The notes under the pieces: model-generated | Database searches by the model: none | The model's input: only the letters and a program-made list of their open reading frames with translations | Told to the model about the DNA's origin: nothing | Position numbers and translations under genes: made by a program | NCBI GenBank assembly: GCA_037447605.1 | Contig: CM074808.1 | Coordinates: 2,294,001-2,358,000 of the forward strand | Length of the DNA: 64,000 nt | Source: Zygnema circumcarinatum SAG 698-1b | Taxonomy: Eukaryota > Plantae > Zygnematophyceae | Direction: 5' to 3' | In this document: one piece after another, positions 22,603-37,268 of the stretch | How the letters are laid out: every line of letters starts with the position of its first letter | Numbering within the stretch: position 1 is the stretch's first letter

Positions 22603-25600
22603 ATGGAGAAGACTTCCTATTTGTCGGCCGGGAGGAAGCGGGTGAGGCCAGTCATAACCCTTTTTATTCAGCTATACCTTTCATTAACATTTGCTTCTGA
22701 CATTCCTTTCTTGCTAATTTCGGTTGGAACTATTGATCGTCTCTTTCACCATTCATTCTTGCTGAATCTTGTGTTATGGTGTAACAGCTGGAAGAGTTTC
22801 GCAAAAAGCAGAGTCAGAAATCCAACCCTCCCAGGGTTTCTCAGCCGGAGATTCTAGGGCAAGCTAAACCTGGCGATGCGGCGACTACGGCTTTGTCTTC
22901 CAGCGGGAAATCTCCGAGGAAAGTCGACCAAGCCATTTCCGCTCCCCCTCGCGTTGCAGGCGAGGGGTCAGGTGACGGACGGGAGGAGCTTGTCATTGTT
23001 GACTCCACTACAAGCTCGACCCACTCCACAGTTCCTCCGGAGGTCGGTATTGAGGATACAGTGGCGGAAGAAGCACAGGCCCAGGGCGCCTCCCTTCGTC
23101 ACCTTCTTCGTTCTTCACTGGAAAAACCAGCAGGGCAAAGTCACAACGTCTATATTGACATTGTTTCTGATAGAAATCACGTTTCTGCTGAGGAGACAGA
23201 GCAGAGACTACCTGAGAAAGGGATAGGTAGAGTGGAAGGAATTAAACGCGTTCAATCTTCAAGCAGTATAGAGACGGCTGGACGTCCAGCACCAAGTGCA
23301 CCAAGGGTTCGATCGGAGAGCACCTTATCGACTGAACAGGAGGGTTTTCACACTCCAACAGGGAGTCCAATCGGATCAGATGCAGGAAAAGGGTTTGCTC
23401 ACGGATTTCAAGATCCTGAAGGGCGCTCCGCCAAGTCGTCAGAGGTTCACAGCACCGAGCATCATGATGAGGTAGAAAAACGTCAATTCCTTTGAGTTTC
23501 ACACTTGCGCGCTCTTTCTTGTTCCAGCAAGAGGAGCCATTCCTTGTTTGGTCCTTTCTTATTTGCGATGCGACGCCCTTTTTTATCCGTTTTCAGAGAT
23601 CACTGTGTAGAGGCTGAACCCCTGGCTTGTAGTAGAACCTAAGGTCATCTACAAATATATATACGTATATATATTTTTTTCTGAAGTGAACACAGCGGAT
23701 AGTGGTTGTGCATTAGGAAATATGTTTTAACTTGGTCGGTGTGCAAGGAAATTAATGATGGCTATAGCTGATCCATGCGAAATAGATAAGTCTTTTTGTT
23801 CACACTTACACTAAGCAAAAATATATATGCTGGCATTGCAGTCGCTTTGCAATGAGGCTACCACTTATGTTCAATAAGTTTCATGCCATTGTAATTTGTC
23901 AGTCAAAACACGGCCGTATGTTGCCGGCTTTCGTAGGGTCCTCCAGGCCTGCTTTCCGGGCTAGCTTACTTGCTGTAGGATACTTCTGTACTATCTCGTA
24001 AACTGCTGATACCTTTCAGGTTCAGCAAGATGGTAGCATAGGGTTACATTATAGCTGAGAGGCATGCCACAACTCGCATCCATGCAGGTGTCAGCTTCGC
24101 CCACTGTCACTGACCGAGGACAACTCATGCGGGCGTTGCCTCCCATTCCTTCTCCTCAGCTTGAGGACTTAGCCCTTTTGTCGAGCAAGGAGCATGATGG
24201 CAGTCATAAGTGGTTGACTAGGCGACAGGGTCCCGGTCAGGTAGTTCCTGGTGGCAGCAATGAACCAAGTGCTGGAAACAGCCTCGTTGTTTCCAAGAGC
24301 GGTGGTGAGGTTTGGCCAGAAAAGAAGGATAAGTATGTGGAGCGCCTGGAGGTGAAGGTTTCCGAATTACAACGACGCTTATCGTCTGTCTTGGATATGC
24401 AGCCCAGGGGCTGGACCCAAGATGCCGTGCAAACAGAGATGGAAAGGAAAAGTGAGAGAATTAAATTTTTGGAAAAGGAACTTACTCTTGTGAAGTCGGA
24501 GGGTGCAGTCGGAGAGGGTTTTGGAAGACTCAGGCTGTATACGTCAGGAGAATTGAGGCTTGCTCATTCCAATAGTGCACCAATGATTGTGGATTTAGTT
24601 GAAAGGCACACAACAGAGATGAATGAGCTGAAGCGAGTGTTGAGGGAAAGAGACGAGCGTGTGTCTTTCTTAGAGCGTGACAGACAGGCAGCTTTAGACA
24701 AGTTTAAGCAAGAAGTAAAACTTGAGCAGGACGAAGAGACAAAAAGACTGTTTAGGATGCAGGCAGATATGCAAAAAGCTGCTGTAGAACTGACTAAACA
24801 GGTCTCAACGGCTGCGCAGCGTTACAAGCGGCTGGAGGTTGATAAGTTCAAGCTCGAATCCGATATGGCTGAGAAGGAGGCAGCACTGGAAGGCGAGCGA
24901 AGGAGGAACGAGCGCTTGGAGGAGGAGATGGCCATTGTTCGTGGACAGTACGAGACAATGATGGAAACGGTTGCAGCCCTTCAAGAAGCCCGAGCGAAGG
25001 AAGTGTCCCAAAGGGAAGCATTGGAGATTTCACTGGCAGCAGCTGTCAAGTCGCTGACAGAACGGGAATCTCAACTAGAGTCTCTCCAGGCTGTGGCATC
25101 TGAAGTGAAAACCTTAAGGGAAGAAAATGTGACGGCCGGTGAGGGTTGGAGACAGGCCAAGTCCGCAAATGAACAGAATGAGGGCCTCGTTCAGCAGGTA
25201 CTTCGGTTGCAAGGCTATGTTACAAGCAAAGAGGTTGAAGGAGAGGCTTTAGTAGGGAGATTAAACGAAGCAGAAGCAGCTCTATCAGCCAAAGCAATGG
25301 AGGTGGGTGGTCTAACTGCCCATGTAGAGAAGCTGGAAGATGAGTTCTCCAAACTCTCTGCGGAGCATAATGCTGTGAAAGAGGAGTTAAACCAAACAGA
25401 GCTTAGATTGGGAGGAGTTCGAGAGAAATTGAGCATGGCCGTGAAGAAGGGAAAGGAGGTCGTGCAGCAAAGGGATAATCTGAAACTTGCCCTTGCACAG
25501 AAACAGGCAGAGATAGAGGGCACTGTTACAAGTTGGCACACAGAAAGTGGGAACCTTAGACAAGAACTGGAGAAAAAACAGGAGGCTTTAGATGCTGCAG

Positions 25601-28600
25601 TGAAGCAATTAGAAGAGTTGGAGGGTTCAATGACAAGCTTGAGGGATAGAGCAGCTAGTGACTTGTCGAAAATGCGGGAGGACATGCAGTTTAAAATCGA
25701 CCAGAAGGAAGTGTCCGTTGCAGAACTTCAGGCACAACTAGAGGATGCCAACCGAAGGCTGGGTTTCATACAGGGCTTGCTGGTAACAAGTGAAGAAAAA
25801 ATTGCTTCTCTGCATAAGAATGTCCAGGAGTCGGAAGGAAGAACGAATTTGTTAAAGGAGGAGTTTACTGCGACAGTCGAAGAACTGCAGAGAGCATTAT
25901 CGGAAACACAGGATAAGGCAAGTTCCTTCGAAACAAGGCTGGCCGCTGAAGAGGACAATGTTCGAAAACTGCAAGAGGCTGAAAGGGCGAAGAGCAGCTC
26001 ACTTGCAGGAGCTCTGCATGGTCTGACTTTGGCAGAGAAACAATTAGTTGAGGCCACTGAAAAAGCACAGGCTTTGCAAGCGAAATGTTCCTGCTTGGAC
26101 AGTGCTTTAAAGCACGCTGAAAGCCAAGGTGCATTAGCCGTGAAAGAGTATGAGACGGAAATGACAAGACTGCACGGCTTGAACACGGCTTTGGAAAAAA
26201 AGGTGCAGTCTCTCGAGGCCTGCCTTTCAGATGCTGATAGGAAAGCTTCAGTGCTAGAAGCAGAGACGGCAGAAGTTCGCAGTCGGTTTAGTGCGGTTTC
26301 CATCCAGGCGGACGGGGCAAAGAATGTAGCAAATGAGTTGGAACGAGAGCTAACAGAAGCGAGGCAAAAGGGCAGAGAACTTTCTGACGAGCTCAATGAT
26401 GCAAAACAGGAACTGGCAAGGCTTTTAGAGCAAGCAACCCTGGATGCGGCCAATCTAGCAAATACAGAAAAAATGTTAAGGGAAGCACGAAACCGCGAAC
26501 AGAATTTCTCTAGAGAGGTTGACCAAACAACTAGGAAGTTAGTGGACGTAATGGAGAAGATGTCGAAAAGTGATAGAACAGCTCAACTGGTTTCCGCAGA
26601 GGCTCAGGATCTTAGCGAAAAACTTCGGCAAGCAGAGTTGACAGCTGAGAGTTGTGCTCTGGAAGCAGAACAATGGAAGGCAGAAGCCAGGCGTTTGAAA
26701 AATGATCTGGAGAAGGCCTCGAGCGAGCTAAGTGATGCTGGACAGAAGATTGCGGCAGCAGTAGCTGAGAGAAATTCGATTGATGAGAGGGTAAGGGATC
26801 TGGAAGACATGGAGAAAAAGCTACTAGCTGTGAGTAATGCAGCACAAGAACAGAGGGGAAGAGCGGACGGATTAGAAGGTGTTCTCACATTGCTTAACGA
26901 GGAAAAAAAATCTCTGGTAAACAGGCTGGAGATGGAAGCACAACGTTGTGAGAAAGCGCTTGATGACCTTCATACGTTACAATTAAAATTGCACGACGGC
27001 AGACTAAGAGAGGAATTGCTTTCTCAGGAAAATGCTGTTGCTGGGAGTAGACTAGAAAGTTTGGAAGCAGATTTGATAAAAGCTAAAGGAGAGGTGCAAA
27101 AAGCTGAAGAACAGGTGGCGAGCTTAGAAAAGGTATTGGTTAACAAAGAAAGGAGGATAGTTGAGCTTGAGACGGAGAAGGGAGAACTTGGTGAGAGGCT
27201 TAGGGATGCGGTCGAGGCTGGAAAGAAGATGGAAGTGGAGAGAGACAGAATTCTGGGCAAGCTCAAGGAGGAAGAGCAGAATAGAGAAGCAGCCGAAAGG
27301 GGAATTGAAGGGTTTTTGCAGGCCAAGATGAGGGCAAACTTGTTGGAAGAGGAATTAAAGAGATTATTGATTGCTGCGGAGACAAGCGATGCAGAGCTGA
27401 AGTCTTCGCGAGCAACGATTGACACGCTTGAATTACACAGAAGGGAGCTGGAAATACAGGTGGACTCCTTGAAACAGGAAAAGGAATGGCTCGTAGCTAC
27501 TCAGTCCGAATTAAAGGACAAAATGGAAGGCCTTGAAAGGAAACTGCAAGCAAGTCAAGAAATGCTGCGTGAGGAGAGAGGGGATATGGAGGCGTTATCT
27601 GAGGAGATGGCCAACTTGCAGCTGACTTTTAAAGAAAGAGTGATTGAGCTAGAATTAGCGGCAGCCCGAGTGAATGCGCTTAGCTCAGAACTAGTTAATG
27701 TCAAGGGTAGTGCAACCAGTAATGAGCAAGCACTCCAGAGCGAGCTGGAAGGGCTGCGTGCAGAGTTGAGAGCTGAGCAGGAGGCAGTACAGTTAGCGAG
27801 AGGTGACAGAGATAAGTTAACGAACGAGGTCAGAGAGTTGCGACAGAGTCTGGCAAATAAGGATGAGGAGTTTTATTTTGTACAGGAAGAATTGACACGA
27901 GAACTAGAGGCCAAAAAGGAAGAGATGCAAGATGAGAAGAAGGTCAACGAGGGATTGCTCCAAGACCTATCAGCCCTTCGCAGGAGGTTTGCAGCTTTGG
28001 AGGCCACAGTAGAAGCTGAGAGGAGTGCAAGTTTGGCGGAAACTGAAGCAAAATTAGAAGGACTTGAAGGGGCAATGGAGGGAGTTCGACGATCGGAGAA
28101 AGAGGTGATGACTTTGAGGGTAAGTTGAAAGCCTACTTCTTCGTGGTCGCACTTGCCCGCGACGGTAAGGAGGGAGGGAGGGAGGAAGGGACTTTCTTGA
28201 ATGCTGAGAGGTTAAAAGCGCCTTATTTTCTTTCTTTCTTATTCCAGATAGCTTTCCCATTGGCGCTCGTCAGCCTCTAAAGTTTGGTCTGGTTTAGTTT
28301 TGTCTTCACCAACCTATTGCTACGGCTTGAAACTAGTTGTGATCAGGGAAAATGGTTGTGTGTTACCTTTTATTGAGATTTGACTTATGTGGTTGTTATA
28401 GTAATGATGAAGTCTAACAGACGTCCTGCAAGCCACGCACACGCTTTTCCATTAATACATGTTCGATCAATTAGTTGCGCCTACCAAAATCAGCATGTCT
28501 AGGTTGCTTCCATACAATGCTTATGGTAATTTATTTATGGTCCATGTACCATAAATCCATGGTGTATGTACGCAGCTTGGCTGTCATGTTCATTTCATAT

Positions 28601-31600
28601 ACATCATTTTCAACCCATGTACCTCCCGAGTACATCAATCATCCGGTACGTCATGTACGTCCCGAGGTTCTGTTACTAAAAATATGAATCTTGCCTGCAG
28701 GACCATCTGAAAGCAAGAGAAGCTGCTCTTACTGCATCACAAATGGGATCCCTGGCGGCAACTGAAGCAGCGGAGGCAGCGCATGCTGAGCTTCGGCAAC
28801 TGCAGGATAGCATAGCAGCTGAAAAGAGCAGCACAGAGGAACAAATGCGTTCAGTCCTTGAGGTTCACAAAGTGGAGACTGAGCAATTACAGCGATCTTT
28901 GGATGCTGCCGAGGCTGCAGTGGCATTCCTGACAGAACAGCTTGAGAGGGAACGAGGACAAGCTTTGCAGGCTGGTAGTAATTTAGCAAATGTTAAGGAA
29001 GTTCTGAATAAGACTAACGCCAATGTGGCCCATCTAACCGCAGCTTTGATGAAAGAACAGAACGAAACACGGCAAGCTCAGCAAAAAGCACACCATCAGA
29101 GAGTGCAAGAACTTGAGAAGGCATTGGCGGAGTTGAAGGCGAAACATGAAGCAGAGCTTGGAACAAAGGACAAGGAACTCGTTAGCACAATGGAGAGGTT
29201 GCGTCAAGTAGAACAAAAGTTGAAAACACTTCAAAGTAGCTTGGCATCAAAGGAGACTCAGCTAGAAACAGCACAGGCGAAGATTGCTGATACATGCAGT
29301 GAGCTGGAGGAGACAAAGGCTGCCATGTTTAACGCTACTGAGAGTGTCTCTCAGTTAAATGCACAAATCGTTCGGTACAAGGAACAACTTACTGTCCAGA
29401 ATGGCGTCGTGCTGGAACTGGAGGTGGAAAACAGCAGATTAAAGAAAGAGTTGAGCGATGCACGGAACTGTGAAAATTCTTTGAAAGTGGAGATGGAGGA
29501 TTTGGAAGCTAGGGCAGGGGAGGTTGTCAAGTTGAAAAAAGAGCTGGATGCCCGGACTGCGGAGGCAGCAATGAGGAGGGAGGATGTAGCAGCCTTTCAG
29601 CAACAGCTTGAACACATGAAGGAATCATGGGCAGTGGCCGTTCACTCGCTGAAGGAAGCTGAAGAGGAAGTGGTTAATCTTAAAGATGAATTGGCAAAGT
29701 CAGGGAAGATGCTAGCTTTGGCAACAGAGGAAGCCGATCGTCGCAAGGAAGATGTTGCAAGATTAAGAGCAGAAAAGCAGGAGGCTGGAGGAGTAATCAA
29801 GCAAGAGAAGGACAGTCTGGCAGAGATGCTGGAGGTAGTTCGTAGTGAGAAGGAGGGGTTGAAGGCGGAGGTCGTGAGGTTAGAGAAGGACAAATGCGAA
29901 TTGGAGTTGGAAAAGGAACAAGTGTTGGTGGAGTTGAAGAGAGTGACGGACAAGCTGAAAATATCGGAGAACGAACTAACTACAGTCAAGGAAGATTTTG
30001 CAGCCAGAGACAAGAACCATGCCAATGTGCTGCAGGTTACTGGATCCAAAATTAGCATTCTTGAAAAGGAGGCTAGTAAGCTTCGTGACGAGGCCTTGGA
30101 TTTACAAACTGAGCTTGGGAAAAAGGAGATGATGCTGGTTTCTATAAGGAAGGAGAAGGAAGATTTGGAACGAGAAGCTGGGAGCTTAGTCGAGGAGGTA
30201 AGATCCTTGAAAGTCGCACTAGATCACAAGGAGCATGAACTGATCAGAGCTGAAGAATTGACGAAATTGCTTGATAAGAGGAGCAGTGAATTAGTCGCTT
30301 CTCGCACAGGTCTACAGGATGCAGAAATAGAGGTGGTCCGTTTAGGTTCAGAGTTGCAGGTGGTTAAAGAATCCTCAGAAAGCAAAATATTGGAGATGGA
30401 AGAGGCCATGGCTGCGTTGAAGAAGCAACTGGATGCTTCTGCAGAGGCGAAGGCTCATCCAGGCATTTCAGAAGAAGTGGCCATAGCCGTCCAAACAGCA
30501 AGGGAAGCATGGCAACAAGCCCATGAAGAGGAAACTCGGGCATTGCGGGAGCATTTGGCTGATGCTGAAAATAAGGTCAGGATTATTCAAGAAAGGATGG
30601 TGGCAGCTGAAGAGGGAGAAAAGAGAGATACAGTGGGCAACGCCAGCAACATTGGAAACAGTCCGAATTTGGAAAAGTGTGCGGCTTGTGGAGAGGAGAA
30701 GGTAGACAAGGTAAAGGAGGAATTGACTAAATCACAGGAACAGGTTGCTACTGTGCGCGAAAAGCTGCAAAGAGCTGTCAAGAAGGGAAAGGGCATAGAG
30801 CAGCAGAAGGTAAAACTGGAGAAAGATTTGGCTGCAATGGAAGAGGAAATGATCAGCTTAAGGAGAAAATTAGAAGGGCATGGTAACAAGATGAATGAAG
30901 ACTTAAACAAGGAAGAGCTGGGTATTAGGGTTGCGAGCAATATGGAGTTAATCCGAGAATTGACTGACGAACGGGACAGATGGAAAAGCAAAGTCACGGA
31001 TATGGAGGGAGAGGTTGCAGAAATGATGCAACATTTAAAGAAAACACAAGACGAATCAGAGGTTTTGCGGAGCAGACTAGTGGAAGCCGCAGAGCAGGTA
31101 CGCATTCTCACGGGGAACCTGGAGGATAAAGACAGAGAAGTACAAGAGCTATTGCAAGATAAACTTCAAGGACAGAGCAGAGAGCAGGAAGCGCTGCAAG
31201 TTGCCCACGTGTTGAAGGTTGAGAGTATTGCAGACATGAAAAGCAAGATAGCTGCTGCAGATGCAAAGAAGGCTGAATTAGAACTGGAGAAAGTTCAGCT
31301 CGAGCAAAGGATTAAGGCAAGTGAAGCAACTGCAGAGAAAGAAGTTATGCAAGCCAAAAAAGCAGCAGAGGAGGAACTTGCTCAAGCTGTGGCTGAGGCA
31401 AAAGGCATGGCAGCCAGGGAGCTTCAGCTTGCTTTGTCAAATGCGGAGAAAGAAGCGGCCGTTGAGCGTGCAGCAGCTATGGAGAAGGGGAATAAAGAAG
31501 CTGAAGCCATGACAAGGAAGGTAAAGAACCTAGAGATGACCTTGGAAGCAATGAAGGGTAGGGAAGAACAGCTAATCCATGAACTAGAGAAAGCCAAACA

Positions 31601-34600
31601 TGATGCTGAAGGCGCTGAGAAGGAGGTGCAGAAGCTTGAAAAGGAGTTGATTGGAAAAAGGATGCAATTAGATGAATCCAGCTCTCAGATGGATGCGTTA
31701 CATTTTGAATTCTCAAGACTCCAGCAGGCGGTTGCGGAGAAGACAGTAGAGGTACTGGGAGCGAATAGGACGGTCGTGGATATGAAGAAGCAGCTAGATG
31801 AGGAGAAAAGGACGGCGGCAGAGACAAAGCAGAAACTGGCAGCAGAGCTATCCGAACTTCGAAAACGATTGAAAGCCTGTGAAGCAGGTATGCACAAGCC
31901 TGAGTGCTGTTTCCAATCCTTATGGGTTACACGCCTTCTGTGTCTCTTTTACTGCTTCATATGCAGGAGATGGACGTATTCTTTAGACTGTCAGAAAAGA
32001 CTTTCCTCTCTTTCTTTTACTGTACGATCAGGTTTGCCATAATTCAGTCAATCAGGAATATTCTTTTACCGGTCTTTCTTCTGGGTTGACAGTTAGATTT
32101 GGAGAGGGTAGTAAATGACTCGCTTCATGTCATTAGTGTGGCACTTTACTGCTACTACTTATTAGCAAGGCTTCGACACTTTGATTCTATGACCAGCTAG
32201 AAGAGAGACTGTAAACAGCTTTTGGAAAGTAAGATTGTTGCTTTTCCCTTTCACTCCAAGGTTGTCTCATGTCCATTATGTCCCATTTCGTTTGGCTGCT
32301 ATGGCTGAACCTGCTCTGTTGTGCTTTGCAGAGCTGGCACAACGAGCAGAACTGTTATCCACAGAAGAGCTCCGTGCAGCAGAACTGGAGGGGATAGTGG
32401 CGAGACTGAAGGAGGAGATGGAGGGCAAGGAGGCGAGCTTGCGGCAGGTGGCATCAGGGCGGAGCAAGGCTTTGGCCAAACTGGGAGCGACAGTGGACAA
32501 GTTAAAGGAGATTCAGCAGCAGGCAGGGCAGCCAATCTCAATCTTCTCATGCAATGTCGTTTGGCAAGGCCTCCTGTCTTTGTGCCTTTGCTTTTAAATC
32601 TTTTGAACCACCGTAGTGGTTGTCAGCTACATGAAGTTTTGGGATTTTGTATTCACCACTGTAAATGATGATAGCGGCGCATACAGTATAAAGATGCACC
32701 ACCTCCACATCCAATGAATCCGTTTGTGTTTATTATGGAAACTGCACACGCAAGAGCAAACCTACCTGAATGCGTTTTTTCTTGAATCAGGTTATGGTAC
32801 TGCTGTCAGTAACAACAATTGTGAGGCTTGCCAGGACTTGAATGCCAAGTGTGCCGATAAATTCACTAATGATGTGCTCCATGGGGTCTTCTCTGCTCGC
32901 TTCAGTCGGAGGCAATTGTTGCAGAGGCAGAGAACAAACTGCAGCTCAAAGATGCTGAGTTGGCAAAGCTGCGAGATGAGTGCAATCGTTTGAGCGCCAC
33001 TGCCATTGTGCAAGAAGCAGATGTACGGCAAATGAGAGGCGAGCTGGAGGTTCTTGAAAGTATGAATGCGGAAGTGGTGCAACTGCGCAGGGAGGTTCAG
33101 CAATTGGAGGACGAGGGAGGGGATGTGAGGGACACTCTGCGAGCTAAGGAGATAGAACTGGGGAAAGTAAAGAGAGAGCTGGAGGATTTGGTAGTTAAGG
33201 CTCAGAAGTTGGAGGAGGAGGTATATCGAAAGAGTGCTGAAGCAGACGAGTTGCAGGCTTTGTTGGGAAGCACACAGGAGGACTTGCTGACTCAGCAGCA
33301 GGCGACCCATGATGCAGAACTGGAGCAGCTAAAGCAACAGGTAAGCTGGCATGATCTATGGTGGTACACTTCAGTTCTGCAGCAAAAAGAAAATGTGCAA
33401 GGCTACGAAATTAAATGGAATTATTGTTTGGTTAGGATAAACACGCAACTGGTGATAGATTGTGTTACGAGTGTCAATGTTCATTAATGGCAACAACTGA
33501 GGGCCCTTTCTCCAATTGGCACCAGAATAATTGAACTTGCATTCTCAGCTTTACCGCGCTCTACTCGCGATCGGCCGTAGGTTCCGCAGCTATCAAATAA
33601 TTTACTGCCATGCTGCGTAATCTTTCAAGTACCGTAGGACAAATGAACAACTGAGTAACTCTTAACCCATAGGATGAAAGTCTTGGTTTGGTTATCGTTT
33701 TTCTAAGCTTGAACAGTTAGCCAGTTTCGATTGTGCATTATTTTTTAAGCTTGAGTGAATGTCATTTAGCAGCCTCAAAAGAGTGCAGCCCGAACTCCAT
33801 TACCCGTTGTTGTTTTGCTGCGGTTCTTTCTATGTACCTCAATAGAAACACGTTACAGTAAGAGCCTTTATTACCTCCTTAATCATCCTTCTAGAGCGAT
33901 AGAAAAAGCGAGTGGACCGTAGTCAAGCCCTAACCATCCCTAAGTGAGGATGTAATGGAGCGATATTCATAAACCTGACTTTCGCGTGCTAGTTTAATTT
34001 CAGTTGTAACACAACAAAAGCCGCTGTTTTGCATCCCTGAACCAGGTTCGAGAACTGACCTCAGAAGCAGAGGGCCTGCGTGCGAGTGTGCAATGGCGAG
34101 ACGCCGAAATCGAGGAGCTCCGCCACGAGTCGCAGGGGCTCATTGCGGAGGCGGAGGACTGGCGGAGTTCAGCAGAGCGAAAGGACGCGCAGCTGCAGGA
34201 ACTGACGCAGGAAATACAGACTCTGTTGGCAGAAGCGCAGACCGTTCGCGAGCGTCATGATCAAAAGGAATCAGGGGCAGTGGGGATGGCATCAGGAGTT
34301 AGCCCAGGAGGGGACCTAAGTTTGAGTACAGAAAGGAAGGGAGATATGGTTAGTCGTGATGTAGCAGAAGTGGTAAGGGTTCATTTTGCGGTAGACACCC
34401 GCACATTGCAGCAGTTAATGAATTGTTTCTACCACAAAGGTATCAATCGCATGCGTTGAGCATACATGAGCTCTGTTGACTTCAGGTTTTGCTGTTTGAC
34501 TTGCATGCAGGTCCACAATCCAACCATGACACTCCCCCCGCTCAGCAGAGTGATACCCCTTGGGAACGTCCGTAAAGCCCCTGGAAACAGCTCACTGGAT

Positions 34601-35821
34601 TTCGAGGCCATTGACGTGGACTCACCGCCCTCCTCTTCAGCTTCACCACGCAGTGACGGTGTCTCGGATAGTGACTGTGAGCTTTCTATTCCCGGCTTCT
34701 TTCCCAGAGCTGGGACAGGCGACAGATGTTAGCTGGGATACTGAAGAAGCTCAGTTTATAATTTGCTTGAGTTTGTTTGAGATTAAAGAGGCACAACCTT
34801 TCCTTTCCCGGCTTCATTCCCGTAGCTGCGACAGGCGGCAGGTGTTAGCAGGGAGTCTGAAGATGGTCAGTTTATGATTTGGTTGAGTTTGTTTGAGATT
34901 GAGGCACAATCTTTCTGATCTACGCTTTGTGTTCTGCCCTAGCTTCACACTTTGGGGTGACACGGTGAGGGATTGTTGTGGCAATCGATTGCAGTGACAG
35001 GCTTGCAGCAGTTTGTGCCGATTACTGCGGCTTATCCCTATCTGCCGTCTTCAATCGGTTCGACAATGAACAGTTTCGACAGACTAAGGTAGGTCTGCAT
35101 TACATGGGGCTTTGCTGCTAGTGACCCTGAGTGGCCAGAGGCTACTAGAGGTACACTTCTAGCAGCCTGGAGGATGTGATTGTGTGGTGTTGGAAACAGG
35201 TCATGCTGGAGGAAGTATAGTCTTGTTCGAGTGGCCGGATAATACTGATCGTTTTCACATATTGGACTTTCAGCATGTTACTAATTCGCGGTCATGACAG
35301 GAAAACTTAAAAGAGAAATTCGTGTGTTACATTTTGACGCAAACCTCTCAGCCACAGCTTACTTACTGTCACTCAGACCATGTCCAACGACTCCTTGAGC
35401 CTAATTCTGAGCCTCTGATTATCACAAGATCATACATTGTTTTTTTGCTTTTGGTCCGACAAATGAGAGTTCATTATTCTTATCTCATCCAACCGTCGTT
35501 TCTGAAGCTTTTGCGTATCTTTGCGATTTCTGGATTCTTTTTGGGCGGACTTTGGACTGAAATTGCCAGAAAGTTCTTTGCACTCGTGATCTTAAGAGAG
35601 CGCTTGTGTTCTGGTTGTAATATGACATGACAACATATCCCGGAACTCTCGATTTCCATTACTATTTCCTTAAGCGTTTGTTCTTGTGTGTGCTATGGGA
35701 GGACAGTGTGGCGGTGGTGAAGCTGCTTATGAACAATCCCGGGGCGCGCCTGCTGCTTCTGGTCTACTGGCTCGGCCTGCATCTGTGGATGGCTGCAACG
35801 CTCTCCACGGTGCGTGTCTGA
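22603..35821 (+). CDS. TNO1: Very large coiled-coil, C-terminally membrane-anchored protein, TNO1 (TGN-localised SYP41-interacting protein)-like. Exons approx. 22603-22641, 22788-23471, 24055-28119, 28701-31887, 32332-32522, 32906-33340, 34046-34372, 34511-34676, 34995-35088, 35707-35821
   Basis: N-terminus MEKTSYLSAGRKR|LEEFRKK resembles the plant AGRKKL.QFR.KK start. The TNO1-type motif VREKL..AVKKGK occurs twice. Heptad-rich E/K/L/A composition. C-terminal LMNNPGARLLLLVYWLGLHLWM hydrophobic tail. Exon phases are compatible. Confidence 0.75.
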
Positions 35822-37268
35822 AGGTCAGTCCTGAGCTAGGCCTATTGCCCATTGGGAATCCACCAAATTGTGGCTTGTTTCCCTTTTGAAAACCATATCG
35901 AAACTATTCCTGGAGCGTTGACCAATGGTGTAATTTTACTATTGTTGCCAAACCGGGAGCTAATTTAGCTTTTCTAAAAGGAATGGCACTTTTTTGTCGG
36001 GAGTTTAACGAAAAACTACCTCTATTTTTTTTCTTCTTTCTAAATGAATCTTTTATAGTTTTCAGCTTGAAAATGCTTTTTATAATCTCAGATCCCTGAT
36101 TGCTGTAGAAATGTCGTCACGAGCCTTTCGAAGGATCGGCATGGCGTTGATAGTGCCAGCAATTTCAGGGACGGAAACAATGTTCAAAGCAAAAATGTTG
36201 CACTTGAAAGCCAAGTGAAGGGGGATTAAGGTGTAACTTCTTAATGATCTTTAGTTGTTTGTGCATTGCTGAGACAGAAGTTGCAGGTTAATACTGTGCC
36301 CATTGGACTCAGCTGATGTTTATAACGAAGGCATATCGCAATGGCCACCTTGAAGAAGGTGTGCATATTTGTGTTGTTGTGATTCCATGCAGGGGGCTTG
36401 TGAGGTCTTGAGATGTGCAAGTTTAAGGCTTTTTTTTTATGTTGGCTGCTGCATTAATGACTGCGGTATATTCCTGCCAAGTAACCTGATGCTTCTGAGA
36501 TCTTCTTTGGCGTCGATAACTCCTGTCAGGGTTGGTTCTAAGTCGTTTGCTCTAGCGGGTGACAGGGCCTTTGCAGGAAAGTGAAGAGCAAGCAGCAATA
36601 CATTTCAGGCTCTTGGATATCCAGAGCTGTCATTTTGAAGGCAAGCTTTCTCACGCGCTTGGGCACGGCATGTTCTCGACGCCGCTATCACCACCTGGCA
36701 ATCATTGGGCTCCGAATCCAAAATGTCGTTCACCCCTTCATCGTCAAAGTCTCAAGTGTCTAAATTCTGTCCGTCCCACATAGCGGCCGCGGCGGCTCGT
36801 TCTGCCCGTGCTTCATGCCATCAAGAGTGCCCAGTATCTTGCAAGACGAAATCTCTCATGAGATTCCACGGTGTGGCAATACTCAAGATCCTTCCACACT
36901 CCAAACAAGAATGTTTCCACAAGTTGATCATGACATGCTTCGATAACGTTATAATGGTACTCAAGCTCGCTCTCGTTTATTATGTTTAGGTTGTGGCCCA
37001 AAAAGAATGTCATTTGTACCTGTTGTTATTTTGCTTGCCTTGAACTACACAGATTATGTCTCAACATGTACAGATTCAGATTGGTTTGTTGGAATGTCAA
37101 ACCGAGTTGTCCAGTGAGCATCAGGAAGCAAACAATTCAAGGTTCGCAATTCCTCACGACTACCACCTTATTTTCCAGAATGCTTCCGAACATTTGGAGG
37201 ATAACTTACGTAACTCCAATTATCAGTCCCAACCCGATCGGACCCAGTCCGTCCTCGATTCCACCTCG

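Noticed and set aside
24805-33310. Many minus-strand ORFs (S/F/L-rich) opposite the TNO1-like exons
   Set aside because: Antisense shadows of the E/K/A/L-rich coiled-coil codon pattern.
34752-34917. ~50-bp imperfect direct repeat in a TNO1 intron
   Set aside because: Ordinary local duplication with no element hallmarks.
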